Below, piece by piece: positions 19,470 to 30,700 of a DNA stretch of 64,000 nucleotides. Positions within the stretch are counted from its first letter, which is position 1. The number at the start of each line of letters is the position of its first letter. The stretch lies in the IMG/VR virus record IMGVR_UViG_3300047557_003487, positions 23-64,022 of that record; one strand, given 5' to 3'. Source of the stretch: a virus. Its lineage: Duplodnaviria > Caudoviricetes. Under the pieces are notes generated by a model that saw only the letters and a program-made list of their open reading frames with translations, ran no database searches and was not told the DNA's origin. The position numbers and the translations under genes are program-made.

Positions 19470-20213
19470 ATGGACGAACAATCAAGACAGTATGGTCAAC
19501 AAAATTTAACGTTACCACACGACATAGTACAACTTCCTTCAGAAGGATTATTTTACAAAAATAAAAAGAAAGCGGTTAAGGTGGGATATCTTACTGCCGC
19601 TGATGAAAATATTTTAATGGGTGGGGGAAACGACCTAACATATACCTTATTGAGAAATAAGTTATACGAACCAGACATGAAAATAGATGATATGTTAGAA
19701 GGTGATGTGGAGGCTATTCTTGTGTTTTTAAGAAATACAGGTTTTGGACCAGAAGTTGAATTAAATTTAACAGACCCACAAACGAGAAAATCTTTTAAGA
19801 CGACAGTTCTGTTGGACCAACTTTCAATTATAAAAGGAGTTGCACCATCAGAAGACGGGACATTTACAGTAAAACTTCCAAAGTCTGAAGCGGTTATCAA
19901 ATTAAAACCTATGACTTATGGTGAGATTAATGAAATCCAAAAAATGATTGATTCATATCCTGCAGGAAGAACCGCACCAAGGGTAACATGGAGACTCAAC
20001 AAAGAAATTGTAGAGGTAAACGGAAACCCTGATAAAGGAGAAATTGCTAAATTTGTTGAATCAATGCCAATTGGTGATTCAAAATTTATTAGACAATTCA
20101 TGAATGAAAATGAACCAAGGCTGGATATGACCAGAGAAGCAATAGCCCCGTCAGGAGAAAAACTAACAGTGAATGTTGGTTTCGGGGTTGAATTTTTTCG
20201 TGCTTTCTTCTGA
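19470..20213 (+). CDS. tail assembly chaperone / baseplate hub assembly protein (T4 gp26-like)
   Basis: LPSEGLFY, LTAADENIL, GD..AIL.FLR...FG and a repeated LPKS domain; located between tube and tape measure genes. Confidence 0.7.
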   Translation: MDEQSRQYGQQNLTLPHDIVQLPSEGLFYKNKKKAVKVGYLTAADENILMGGGNDLTYTLLRNKLYEPDMKIDDMLEGDVEAILVFLRNTGFGPEVELNLTDPQTRKSFKTTVLLDQLSIIKGVAPSEDGTFTVKLPKSEAVIKLKPMTYGEINEIQKMIDSYPAGRTAPRVTWRLNKEIVEVNGNPDKGEIAKFVESMPIGDSKFIRQFMNENEPRLDMTREAIAPSGEKLTVNVGFGVEFFRAFF

Positions 20214-20352
20214 TTATAGAAAAGGACAAATAGATGAGTTCTATTATTTGAACAAACTCTTAGGTATAAGTTGGGTAGATTTTGAAACGATGCCACTATT
20301 TGTTAGAAAATATCTTTTGGATAAATGGATTGAAGATAATAGAAAGGACTGA
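20173..20352 (+). CDS. second tail chaperone segment (gpT/gp51-like), probably reached by frameshift
   Basis: +1 frame reads (MLVSGLNF)FVLSSDYRKGQIDEFYYLNKLLGISWVDFETMPLFVRKYLLDKWIEDNRKD; overlaps the upstream ORF end at GAA TTT TTT CGT. Confidence 0.65.
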   Translation: MLVSGLNFFVLSSDYRKGQIDEFYYLNKLLGISWVDFETMPLFVRKYLLDKWIEDNRKD

Positions 20353-20367
20353 AAAATCAGTCCTTTT
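20344..20367 (+). terminator. terminator hairpin after the chaperone locus
   Basis: AAGGACTGA-aaaa-TCAGTCCTT followed by TT. Confidence 0.65.
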
Positions 20368-20391
20368 GTATTTATATAATATTAAGAATGT

Positions 20392-22260
20392 ATGGCACCT
20401 GATAATTTAAATTACGGTACACCACCAAGTAGTGATGATATAGGTAGTTTTGGTAAGAATCTTGAAAGCATGCTCAAGATTGGTGTACGTGATTTTGCGG
20501 ACGCAATCACAAGGCTAACGAACAGTGCGAACATTATTAACAAAACCTTCACCCAAGGACGACAAAGAGTTGTAGAACTTCAACAAGCGGTTGCCGACAC
20601 AGTACCAAGTGTTAACAGAATTGGAGGTACGTTATCGGATGTTGAAAATACAATTTCAAAAGTTGCTGAGGCTTCTAGAAGAAACGTTATTGCCAATACA
20701 GAAGATGTAACAAAGCTTGTTGCTGCAACTAAAGTCTTGAATGAAGACGCGGAAGTTCTTACTAACGCATTCATGGACGTTGGTATGAGTGTAAGTCAGA
20801 TTGGACCAGAATTAGAAAGCTCAATCAGATATGTTCAAAGTATTGGTGGAAACGCCTCAGAGGTTGTTAAGATGATGAGAACCAATATGGACCAACTCAA
20901 TCGTTACCAATTTGAAGGTGGAGTACAAGGACTTACAAAAATGGCGGCTCAAGCATCAATGTTGAGATTCGACATGAACGAGACTTTTAGATTGGCGGAC
21001 AAAGTTATGTCTCCTGAAAATGCGATTGAGGTTGCATCCGCTTTCCAAAGATTAGGAGTGTCTGCAGGAAACTTAGTTGACCCTTTCCAATTGATGAATC
21101 AATCAATTAATGACCCTTCAGGTCTTCAAGACAGTTTAGCCCAAGTTTCAAAACAATTCACTTATTTTGATGAAAAAACAAAATCTTTCAAAATTAACCC
21201 ACAAGGTGTAATGATATTGAAAGAAATGGAAGCCCAAACAGGTGTAAGTGCTAAAGAGTTGAGCAAGATGGGACTTGCAGCAGCTGAGCTTGATAAAAGA
21301 CTTTCTGCTGTTAGTGCAGCGGGACTTAAGGTCGGTAGCGAAGAGGACAAACAATTTTTGGCAAATATTGCTAAAATGGGTGAAGGGGGTGAGTATGAAG
21401 TTCAAATCAAAGATGATAAAGGTCAAATGCAGACCAGAAAACTATCGGAGATTACCCAAACAGAATTCGATAAATTAATCAAAGAGCAAAAAGACGGACC
21501 AAAAACATTAGAAGAACTTGCAAGAAGTCAGATGAACCTGACTCAACTTATGGAAGCTGACGTTTCCGCAATCCGTAACAAAATTGTTGGAGGTGTATCC
21601 ACAGCAGCCCCTGTACTCAATAACTTAGAAGGATTCAGAAATATTACAGATGTAATCGGTGGACTGTTATCCGATGCCAAAAAATCGGGTACCACAAAAG
21701 GAGTTAGAGAAGATACCGAAAAGTTCATATACGGTACGGAACAGATGTTCAAAGATTTGAAAGACCCATCCAAAAATGGACTCACTGTTCTAACATCATA
21801 TGCCAAAGATTTTGGTTCGGCTTTGAAAGAAAGAGGTCTCAATATAATGGACAGATTGAAAGAAGTTACTCAAGAGGCTCGACAAGGTATTAAGGGAAAT
21901 GATTTGGCTTCAAGAACCGCCAGAGGAATTTTGAGTAGTGTGCCTGGTCAATCAACTTCATCAGTTACTCCATCATCGAACCAAAGTAGAACAGAACAAA
22001 TACAACAAGAAGTGAAGTCTGTTGCTCAAAGTTACGGGGCAAGCTCATCCACAAAGATTGATATGGGTGGTAAAATTGTGATTGATATTAACTTCAACGG
22101 TGCTCAAGGATTGACTCAAGAACAGATTAATCAAATTACAAAAATACTTTCAGACAAGTTGAGTGGAACAGAGTTCCAAAATTATATTATCAACGTTCAA
22201 AGTGCTTCAAAACAATCTCCAACACAAAGACAAGGGTCAAATACTTATGGTGGTGGATAA
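20392..22260 (+). CDS. putative tape measure protein
   Basis: Ala/Gln/Met-rich helical protein in the canonical position after tube and chaperone genes. Confidence 0.65.
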   Translation: MAPDNLNYGTPPSSDDIGSFGKNLESMLKIGVRDFADAITRLTNSANIINKTFTQGRQRVVELQQAVADTVPSVNRIGGTLSDVENTISKVAEASRRNVIANTEDVTKLVAATKVLNEDAEVLTNAFMDVGMSVSQIGPELESSIRYVQSIGGNASEVVKMMRTNMDQLNRYQFEGGVQGLTKMAAQASMLRFDMNETFRLADKVMSPENAIEVASAFQRLGVSAGNLVDPFQLMNQSINDPSGLQDSLAQVSKQFTYFDEKTKSFKINPQGVMILKEMEAQTGVSAKELSKMGLAAAELDKRLSAVSAAGLKVGSEEDKQFLANIAKMGEGGEYEVQIKDDKGQMQTRKLSEITQTEFDKLIKEQKDGPKTLEELARSQMNLTQLMEADVSAIRNKIVGGVSTAAPVLNNLEGFRNITDVIGGLLSDAKKSGTTKGVREDTEKFIYGTEQMFKDLKDPSKNGLTVLTSYAKDFGSALKERGLNIMDRLKEVTQEARQGIKGNDLASRTARGILSSVPGQSTSSVTPSSNQSRTEQIQQEVKSVAQSYGASSSTKIDMGGKIVIDINFNGAQGLTQEQINQITKILSDKLSGTEFQNYIINVQSASKQSPTQRQGSNTYGGG

Positions 22261-22300
22261 CAAAAAAATTATCCCTAACCTATTTATATAAAAAGATTTG

Positions 22301-25300
22301 ATGGCAAGTTTATTAGATTTTTCTGCAACAAACGGTTTTAGAAAAAAGCTCCTAACTAGGAACTTAACACCGTATGCCAAAGCCCCAAATCGACCAACAC
22401 TTCCAATAGATACAACTTATGTTCAGACCGATAGTTCTGTTCAAGACAGTCCAGATAAATTAATTGACGAACCAAGTTTTGCAAACAAACTATATCCACT
22501 CAATGAGTGGGGTTCTGAAGGTGGATACAAACAAGTTCCAGACCCAACAGGATTATTAAATACGAAATCAAATAAGGGAGAGTATGGACCAGGTCAACAG
22601 GACGCAAAAATAATAGACCAATCTCAAGTTGCATCTAATAAAGGTTTCGGAAGTATTTCTCCAGCTTGGAAACCTTTGAATGCTTATGCGAACGGAACAC
22701 AGACATCTTTAGATAGTGGTGAATACATCACACAACCAGACTTTGTGGTGGGCGGTACTAGGTTATACAACAATCAACCATATCCAACAACCTTTAACCC
22801 ATCATCATACGGACCCGTAGGAATTTTATTATCGAGAGACCCACTCGGAAGTAATGGACTTTTGAGTCAAGACTCTTTTATTGCCAAACTAGGTGCTCAG
22901 ACTCTTAGAAAATCATTCGAAGAAAGAATAGCACAACAAATTTATCAAAACACTGCAGCAAGAGCAAATTTATTCAGTGTAGATAGTGGAATTGACGTAG
23001 TGAATTTAGTAACAGGAAGGGTGCCTCTGATAGAACCTAATTGGACTATTACAGTACCTTCAAATCCAATTTTAGCCGCCACAGATTTTGCTTTGAGATT
23101 GGCTGGAAGTATAATTCCTGTATCACCGATTCCTGGTTCTTATTGGGACACGTCAATAAATTCAGGACAGCCAACAACAATACAACAGTTACAAAATGCT
23201 TTTAGGAGAAGTACAGTAGGTAACTTTTTCAATAGATTATTGGGGGCACCTCAGACGGGTTCACAACTTTTCTTGAACAATACTGGTGGCGGACAAAGGT
23301 CTATACTTTTTAGAAACATTAACTTCAATAAGTATAAACCAAGTTATGATAGAGGATTCCTAAATAGAGGTGGTGGTGCATTAGTTGGTGGTGTATCAAA
23401 TAACTCGAACTACTACGTCGGTTCAAGAAGCTCAGAACCGTCACAAGTCTTCTCACCACCAGGTGCCCTACCTGTTAACGACTTTGGTGTTGTTCAACAG
23501 TCTCCTGTCTTTGGACCTACTGAACTTGCACAACTATACGAAGGACCAAGTAAAGAAATTAAGTTAGGTGCCAACGGCCCAACATATGGTAATGGTGGTG
23601 GTATTGAAGGTGGATTTACATGGGTATCTCCAAAATATAAAGGAAATGCTGGTAAGAGAGTTGGGTTAGGGGGTGAGATAACAAGTGAAGACGAAGATTT
23701 TAAACCATCATCATATAATTCAACCGAATCAACAGAAAGAACTTTCAGAGAAGGTTCAATTCTTGACGACACCCAAAGGTTAATTAATAGTCAACCGCAA
23801 GGAGGTAAGAGATTACAACACGTAGGAAATGCCATAGACCAAGTATCCAAAGTATTCAATGATGGATACAAAGAAATGACCAAAGGTTCAAGAGTTTATA
23901 GATATGTTGGTGACCCTGGTCAAGAAGTTGGTACTGAATACTGTAGAGTTTTTGCTAAAGATACTCCATATCTTCAATACAACGACTTACAAAAAGCCGA
24001 CGGTATCACAACACAAGGAAGAAGATTTTCTGACTCAGTTTTGGATAACACATACAATTTGAATATTGTTCCTAATAAACAAGAAGGAGGTCAAAGTTCA
24101 ACGAATTTGATTGGAACTGAAAACAATGCTTTTGCGAAAAAATACATGTTTTCACTCGAAAACTTGGCTTGGAGAACATCATCAAGTCCTGGATATTCTG
24201 TATCTGATTTGCCAATTTGTGAAAGAGGACCAAATGGTGGTAGAGTTATGTGGTTCCCACCATATGGATTAACCTTTAGTGAAAGTGTTTCTGCGAACTG
24301 GAACTCAAGTGATTTCTTAGGAAGGCCTGAACCAATATACACATACAAGTCAACACAGAGAGGTGGTACACTATCATGGAAAATAGTTGTTGACCACCCT
24401 TCCGTGTTAAATGTTATCGTTAACAAAGTACTTTCCAACGAAACAAACGCAACAAGAGTTAACAGTATTCTCGATTCGTTCTTTGCTGGATGTAGAAAAT
24501 ATGACTTATATGAGTTAGCTAAAAGATATTGGAAAGTGAATCCGAACGACTTGTATCAATTACAAGAAGCGATTACTTCTAAAAAACTTTCCCGTGAACA
24601 AATTGAATGGTCTAAGTCTACAATTCAAACAGGTGTTGATGGAGGTCAAGGGCAACCTTTAGCGCAGGGTACAAGTACTACAGTTTCTCTGAAAGATTAT
24701 GAACAAATAGGTTTATACTTTGGAAATGATTATCCTAAACAAGGTAGTGTAACAAACTACTCAAATGAATTTTCAAGGTACACATCTACTTCCAATATAG
24801 ATTATTACAAATCAAAAAGTCCGAGTACTGCGGCACAGACAACATCTTTTTTCGACAACGTTGTAAAACCGAACTATAAAATTGCACAAAAAATGGTTAC
24901 TGACTTAGCCACAAAATTAAGTGGCTCCACAGGAACAATAACCATAACAATTGACTCAAGTTGTTCTGCGCCCGCAACAGTTCAATACAACCAAGAACTC
25001 TCCAAAAGAAGAGTTGAATCCGCCGTCTTATTCTTTTCACAACAAGATGCTTTGAAGAAATTTATTGAAGAAAAAAGACTTTTAATAGTTCCTTCGAAAG
25101 GTTTAGGAGAATCAACAAGAACTCAACCTAAACAGTTCAAGGTTGCGGACCCAACCGACCCAAAAGATTTCACTTTAGGTAATACTGTGAGATGTACAGA
25201 CGAAGACAAGACAGTCCCTGTAGTTGGTGGCGACGTACAAGTTGAAGCTAAAGAAATTTTTACATATGGGGCCATGGCTTGTAGAAGAGCCTACATAAGT

Positions 25301-27391
25301 TCAATCAAAGACGACACAAGTACAAACGTTCCATCATCAACACCAACACCAAAGTATACAGACGTTTTTCAAGCAAACACCGTAACAACAACAGTTGATA
25401 CAGAAGAAACCGTCAGAGAATGGAAACCAAGAGATAATATAACCAAGAGAGTTCTTAGGTCATTACTTTCTGAGTGTGATTATTTTGAGACTATCAAACA
25501 AGACTCGCCGATGGTTTACGATAACTTGAGAGACAAGTTGAAGTTTTTTCAACCAGCATTTCACTCAATAACCCCCGAAGGGTTGAACTCAAGACTTACA
25601 TTCTTACAACAATGTATGAGACCAGGTGATACAATCCCTACAATTAAAACTGTTAATGGGACTGAATCTTTACAATATAACAATGCTGTAAACACAGCCT
25701 TTGGAGCACCACCAGTTTTGGTTCTCAGAATTGGTGATTTCTATAATACGAAAATTATACCTGATTCACTTAACATAAGTTATGAAGATTTGGATATAAA
25801 TCCTGAAGGGATTGGTGTACAACCAATGATTGCAACTATTCAGTTGGGATTTAAGTTTGTGGGAGGTAGTGGACTGAAAGAGTCTGTAGACAAATTACAA
25901 AACGCATTATCGTTCAACTATTATGCCAACACAGAAATTTATGATGATAGAGCGGATGTAACAGCTCAGGAAGACTTCTTAAAAGTATTGGACGCTGAGT
26001 TCTTGGCGATGGCTAATCCACCAGCTCCTCCAGCGGTTAATCAAGCGGAACCGAACAATGGTCAGAACAATAACCAAACCATTGGAACAATTATAAGTAA
26101 AGAAATTGTTTCAACTTTTGAGACAGGTAAAATTTCTTATCAAAATTATATGGTAAATTTGGTTAATCAAACACAAACATATTTCCAAAACGTTGTTAAC
26201 AAACAAAAAGAAGTTAACGCACAATACAATAACGCAATGAGACAACAGTGGATGTTAGAAAGGAATTACGCTGAGGGAGTTACACCTGTAAATTCAACAA
26301 GTAAGTTTGTGTTGTTTGGTAAGCCCAATAATGTTGAAAAAAGGGTAAATAATATCTTTGCGGAGTATGAGAAAAACATTTCTGTAGGTAATGATGAATT
26401 TATCAAATACGTTTCAGACGTTAATTGGGATTTTTCACAAAGATTAAAAGAAACTGTAAAAACAAACTATGCTAATTTTGTAAAAAACAAAAGAGGTAAT
26501 TATCAAAACGCAATAACAAAAATCATTCAGGATATTACCAATATTGAGACTCAGTACATCCAACAACTATCAAGAGCTAACATATTGACTTTTGAGGGTA
26601 TGGCTAACAATGGAACAGATGGTTTTCAATCTAGTAATGGTAATGTTACTTTATACCGTACAATAGGTACTAACGAATTTGACCCTTCTTCTCAACCTGT
26701 GCCCGCGGATACATTTGTTGAATTAAGGAACGACTATAAAAAAATTCAAGATGATGTTATAACTTTCAATAATGTAATTTGGAAAAATCATAGTTTTGTA
26801 AACACACAGGACGGTAAAGAATATACTGGTGTTTTAGTTTTCAATCTTGGTGGTGGAAAGGCTCTAAATTCATATTTGGGTGAAAAGCCTGAAGAAATTG
26901 TTTTCAAACCTTTCTCTAAAAACAGATTGTTCGAAACTAATTTTACTTTCAGAAGACAATACATGATTGTTTCGGACGACATATTAGATGATAAAAAATA
27001 TCAAACTTTCAAACAAGCAATCATCGGTAATATAATTGGTAATCAGGCAATTATCGGTGATAAGAAAACAAATATTGAAGAGGTTTTCGACGCTTACTGG
27101 TTAACAAAAGCAAAACCTCTATTTACTGAGGAAAACAATTTGACTAAATCTTTTATTGATAACTTGGAAAAGAACGATTTGAAAAACTTTATAAAATATA
27201 CCCCGTTCCCATCAAAGAAAAGAGTGCTCTCATTCACATCTGAAAAACCAGCAGACACCGAAGGAGAAATAAAATCACAAGAGGCTATGGTTAAAAACTT
27301 AGCAGCACAGACAAATTCCAATACCGACCAATTGACGTGGAACATAAAGAACGATGGAGGTGCATATATTTCAAAAGCAAAACTTAACTAA
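22301..27391 (+). CDS. large baseplate/tube-initiator-like protein with an internal OmpA-like domain
   Basis: Two tube-initiator-like segments (FSESVSANW...FLGRPEPIYTY...R; APPVLVLRIGDFY) flank LYFGNDYP...SCSAP...YNQELSKRRVESA...GLGE...CRRA. Confidence 0.6.
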   Translation: MASLLDFSATNGFRKKLLTRNLTPYAKAPNRPTLPIDTTYVQTDSSVQDSPDKLIDEPSFANKLYPLNEWGSEGGYKQVPDPTGLLNTKSNKGEYGPGQQDAKIIDQSQVASNKGFGSISPAWKPLNAYANGTQTSLDSGEYITQPDFVVGGTRLYNNQPYPTTFNPSSYGPVGILLSRDPLGSNGLLSQDSFIAKLGAQTLRKSFEERIAQQIYQNTAARANLFSVDSGIDVVNLVTGRVPLIEPNWTITVPSNPILAATDFALRLAGSIIPVSPIPGSYWDTSINSGQPTTIQQLQNAFRRSTVGNFFNRLLGAPQTGSQLFLNNTGGGQRSILFRNINFNKYKPSYDRGFLNRGGGALVGGVSNNSNYYVGSRSSEPSQVFSPPGALPVNDFGVVQQSPVFGPTELAQLYEGPSKEIKLGANGPTYGNGGGIEGGFTWVSPKYKGNAGKRVGLGGEITSEDEDFKPSSYNSTESTERTFREGSILDDTQRLINSQPQGGKRLQHVGNAIDQVSKVFNDGYKEMTKGSRVYRYVGDPGQEVGTEYCRVFAKDTPYLQYNDLQKADGITTQGRRFSDSVLDNTYNLNIVPNKQEGGQSSTNLIGTENNAFAKKYMFSLENLAWRTSSSPGYSVSDLPICERGPNGGRVMWFPPYGLTFSESVSANWNSSDFLGRPEPIYTYKSTQRGGTLSWKIVVDHPSVLNVIVNKVLSNETNATRVNSILDSFFAGCRKYDLYELAKRYWKVNPNDLYQLQEAITSKKLSREQIEWSKSTIQTGVDGGQGQPLAQGTSTTVSLKDYEQIGLYFGNDYPKQGSVTNYSNEFSRYTSTSNIDYYKSKSPSTAAQTTSFFDNVVKPNYKIAQKMVTDLATKLSGSTGTITITIDSSCSAPATVQYNQELSKRRVESAVLFFSQQDALKKFIEEKRLLIVPSKGLGESTRTQPKQFKVADPTDPKDFTLGNTVRCTDEDKTVPVVGGDVQVEAKEIFTYGAMACRRAYISSIKDDTSTNVPSSTPTPKYTDVFQANTVTTTVDTEETVREWKPRDNITKRVLRSLLSECDYFETIKQDSPMVYDNLRDKLKFFQPAFHSITPEGLNSRLTFLQQCMRPGDTIPTIKTVNGTESLQYNNAVNTAFGAPPVLVLRIGDFYNTKIIPDSLNISYEDLDINPEGIGVQPMIATIQLGFKFVGGSGLKESVDKLQNALSFNYYANTEIYDDRADVTAQEDFLKVLDAEFLAMANPPAPPAVNQAEPNNGQNNNQTIGTIISKEIVSTFETGKISYQNYMVNLVNQTQTYFQNVVNKQKEVNAQYNNAMRQQWMLERNYAEGVTPVNSTSKFVLFGKPNNVEKRVNNIFAEYEKNISVGNDEFIKYVSDVNWDFSQRLKETVKTNYANFVKNKRGNYQNAITKIIQDITNIETQYIQQLSRANILTFEGMANNGTDGFQSSNGNVTLYRTIGTNEFDPSSQPVPADTFVELRNDYKKIQDDVITFNNVIWKNHSFVNTQDGKEYTGVLVFNLGGGKALNSYLGEKPEEIVFKPFSKNRLFETNFTFRRQYMIVSDDILDDKKYQTFKQAIIGNIIGNQAIIGDKKTNIEEVFDAYWLTKAKPLFTEENNLTKSFIDNLEKNDLKNFIKYTPFPSKKRVLSFTSEKPADTEGEIKSQEAMVKNLAAQTNSNTDQLTWNIKNDGGAYISKAKLN

Positions 27392-27714
27392 TGGCATACA
27401 CATATTGGAATAGATATAGTCAATTTATAATCAATGGTGAACAAACTGTTGTGCCTTATGTTCAATTGCCTTCAAAACCAACAGATAAAACTTACATTTA
27501 TAAAGTAGGTAGGAGTAGATTAGATAGAGTATCACAAGAGTATTACAACTCCCCAACTTTTGGTTGGTTGATACTTCAAGCAAACCCACAGTTTGTGGGT
27601 ATGGAAAATAATATTTTCGATGGTGCTATTCTAATTGTCCCCTTCCCATTATTACCCTCCTTACAGGATTATAAGGCGGCGATAGAAAACCATTTCTTTT
27701 ATTATGGCAGGTAA
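27391..27714 (+). CDS. LysM-like baseplate wedge protein (gp53/tail X-like)
   Basis: RLDRVSQEYYNSPTFGWLILQANP...G.ILIVP. Confidence 0.78.
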   Translation: MAYTYWNRYSQFIINGEQTVVPYVQLPSKPTDKTYIYKVGRSRLDRVSQEYYNSPTFGWLILQANPQFVGMENNIFDGAILIVPFPLLPSLQDYKAAIENHFFYYGR

Positions 27715-30700
27715 CGTACAGGCGGATAACAGTGGGAACATTTATGTTGAGTTTGATTATAACAACATTATCGTAGTTGACCCTAACAAAACAATCGATT
27801 CTTTAGGAAAGATTCGTGAAAGGTTGGTTGACCACGAGAACCTTGTTATGTATGCAAACTTGGAAGCTGAATTACTTCCAAGAACAAAACTTGCTATTGG
27901 AGCTTCTCCTGAAGATAGGGTACGAATTGTTTCAATTGCCAAGATGGATTTCCTAAAACCAACTAAGGATTCATATTTGGGTACAGGTTATTATGATGAA
28001 TTAACAGGGGACAATACAACTAAATTCAAGGGTGTAAATCAGATGATGAGTCAAACCGTTGTTCCAAAAGACGGTACTAAGCCTTACGTTGTTGAAAAAC
28101 CATCTGACTTAACAAGTGTATTGGATAATGGATTACTTGGAATTACAAACATAAGTGTTGATACAAACCTATCTTTTGTACCATCTGTAAGAATTTCTTT
28201 GGAAGATGTTCAAGGAAGGGCTTTATTTCAGTTAGGTAACAACTCACCTTACGCAGCATTTTTTAATTTACCATACCCACCATTTTATTTGACTCTCAAA
28301 GGGTATTACGGTCAAGCCATAAGATACCAACTTAATTTGGAAAAATTCAACGCAAGGTTTAACACCTTCAGTGGAAACTACCAAATTGATTTGGATTTCA
28401 AAGGATATAAGTTTAACATCCTTAACGAAGTTGCAATGGGTCATCTTATTGCGACACCACACATGTATAGTCAACAGTTCAATGTTTCGGCACAACCTGT
28501 TGGACCACAACAAACAAATCGCGAACAACAGACCTCAGTTGCAACACAGGTGGGAGCTGCTAATCAGGTTAATGATGGTAGACAATCAGAAGGCACTGTA
28601 CAAGTTACATCTGAAAGAGGTTATCAGAAGATAAAAGAAGTTTATAGTGAATATAAATCAAAGGGGTTGATACCTCCCGACTTTCCTGAATATACTTTAG
28701 TGCAATTCATTAATAAGTTAGACCTGTTCGAGCAAAACGTGGCCAATAAGTTTGCAAAGGCAGATGTGGACCCTTTGACTAATATTAGAGGATACAAACA
28801 AGTATTAACAAACTATTTCGGAACTTCTGCAAATAGAGGTGTTAGAGCGGGTGAAACTTCTTGGTTTTCAGATTATTTGAATCCCGCACCCATTATTCTA
28901 AATAATGGCGATAGGACTTACATGTATAAGGAGTTAAACCTTGAAACTAAACTTGCTGCCACGAACCAACTTGAGAGTATAATTAAACAGTATAATGAAC
29001 TTTTGGCTAAGAACCCAACGTTGGGGGCTGGAGGGGCTGCACCGATACCAAATCCAATTAACATTAATACGGTCAAAATAAAAGCACCAAACGCGGATGC
29101 TGTGAATTGGACCGCAACTACTATTGCTCAAACTGGTATCTATAAACCAACCGAGCAAGACGTTAATAGGATAAAAGGAGAGTTCGAAAGGTTCACAAAG
29201 CCAATTTATAAAACAGAGATTGTAAACGGGAAAGAAACACTAGTTGATATAAGAGCACCATTTTTTGTTTTTGAAGGTGATGGAAGATTCGACAAACAGA
29301 TTCAATTATTAGAGGCACAAGCCAACAAAAAACTTTCGCAGTTTGAAGACCAAATAACTAAGAAACTACTTGAAAAAATTGAAAGTGGAACTGAAGGTAT
29401 TGGATTCAAACCTACTGTTAGAAACATTATGGCGGTTTTAATGGCATCTGCAGAAGCCTTTATTAGACTCTTAGATGATGTTCATAATAATGCATGGAAT
29501 GTTAAGTATGACCCTGTAAGAAAAAAGGCGATACTCAACAATCCATCATCAGCATCAGGTTCAGATACCGTTGATGATTTGAAATTGACTCAAACCGCTA
29601 TTGAACAGAGTACAGGATTGAAATATGCAGAAATCCCTGTATACCCTTGGCCACAATTCTTCATTGAGACACCCGAGGACAAAAAGGGTAGGTTCCAATT
29701 GAAGTATCCCGCAGACCCATCTGTTGTTGAGCTAACACAAGGATGGGATTATTCAAAGTGGCCTGAAGTAGAGTTTGTTGAGGAGTACATGAGAGGGATA
29801 ACACAAAAGTTTAATCCACCATTGACTCCTGAACCATTAGACAATCAACAGGATACAAATATAATTAATATCAATGCAATAGAATTTCCATCTGAAGGTA
29901 TTGCTTACGTAAACAAAGAGGAGATTAAATTTTTCTATGAAATTTGGGAAAGACAACTACTAACATCAAGGTATTCCAATTTTGTTAGGGCAAACGGAAA
30001 TCAAGTTGACGAAATTATAAAGTTGAACACTGAAGCCGAAGCTAGCAATATTGTAACAAGTTTGGGTCTGAACGCTCCATACATCACAATGAAGCTGAAA
30101 AATTATGGTTTGAATTCTACCAATTACAGAGCTTTCTTGGAGAACATATCTAATGGTGGGACTGGTAGAGCATGGCAAGACTTCATAAGGGATTTCTTCG
30201 TAACACCATATATCAGAAATCTAACTGAAAATTCGTTCAGCATTTTGGACATCAATGAGTTTGGTAAGATACCACAACTTTTCACAAAGTCTGCCGCCCT
30301 TCAAAAGTTGGTAACAAATTCAACCAATGAGCCAAACATTACAGATACAATACCATTTACAGACTCAGTTTGGGTTACCGATAATATGGCGGATGGTAAA
30401 ACCGCACAGGGTACTAATGTTTATAACACAAATAAAGTACTAACTGTTTTCGAACCAAGAAAAATTATATCGAACTTTAATGATGTATATAATTTTGATG
30501 AGAAAAGACCAGTAACTAACTTCTCATATAAAAACACAAACAACAATCCGTACCCTATTGTTTCGGCAACAAATTTGAACCAAACAGGATTAAATGATTT
30601 TTATAGAATAAGAATAGATTCTGGAAATTTCATTGCGACCGAGGGTGTTTATGTTCACTTTGCACCTTCATTTCAATTATTTGGAGTTACAAATCCTATC

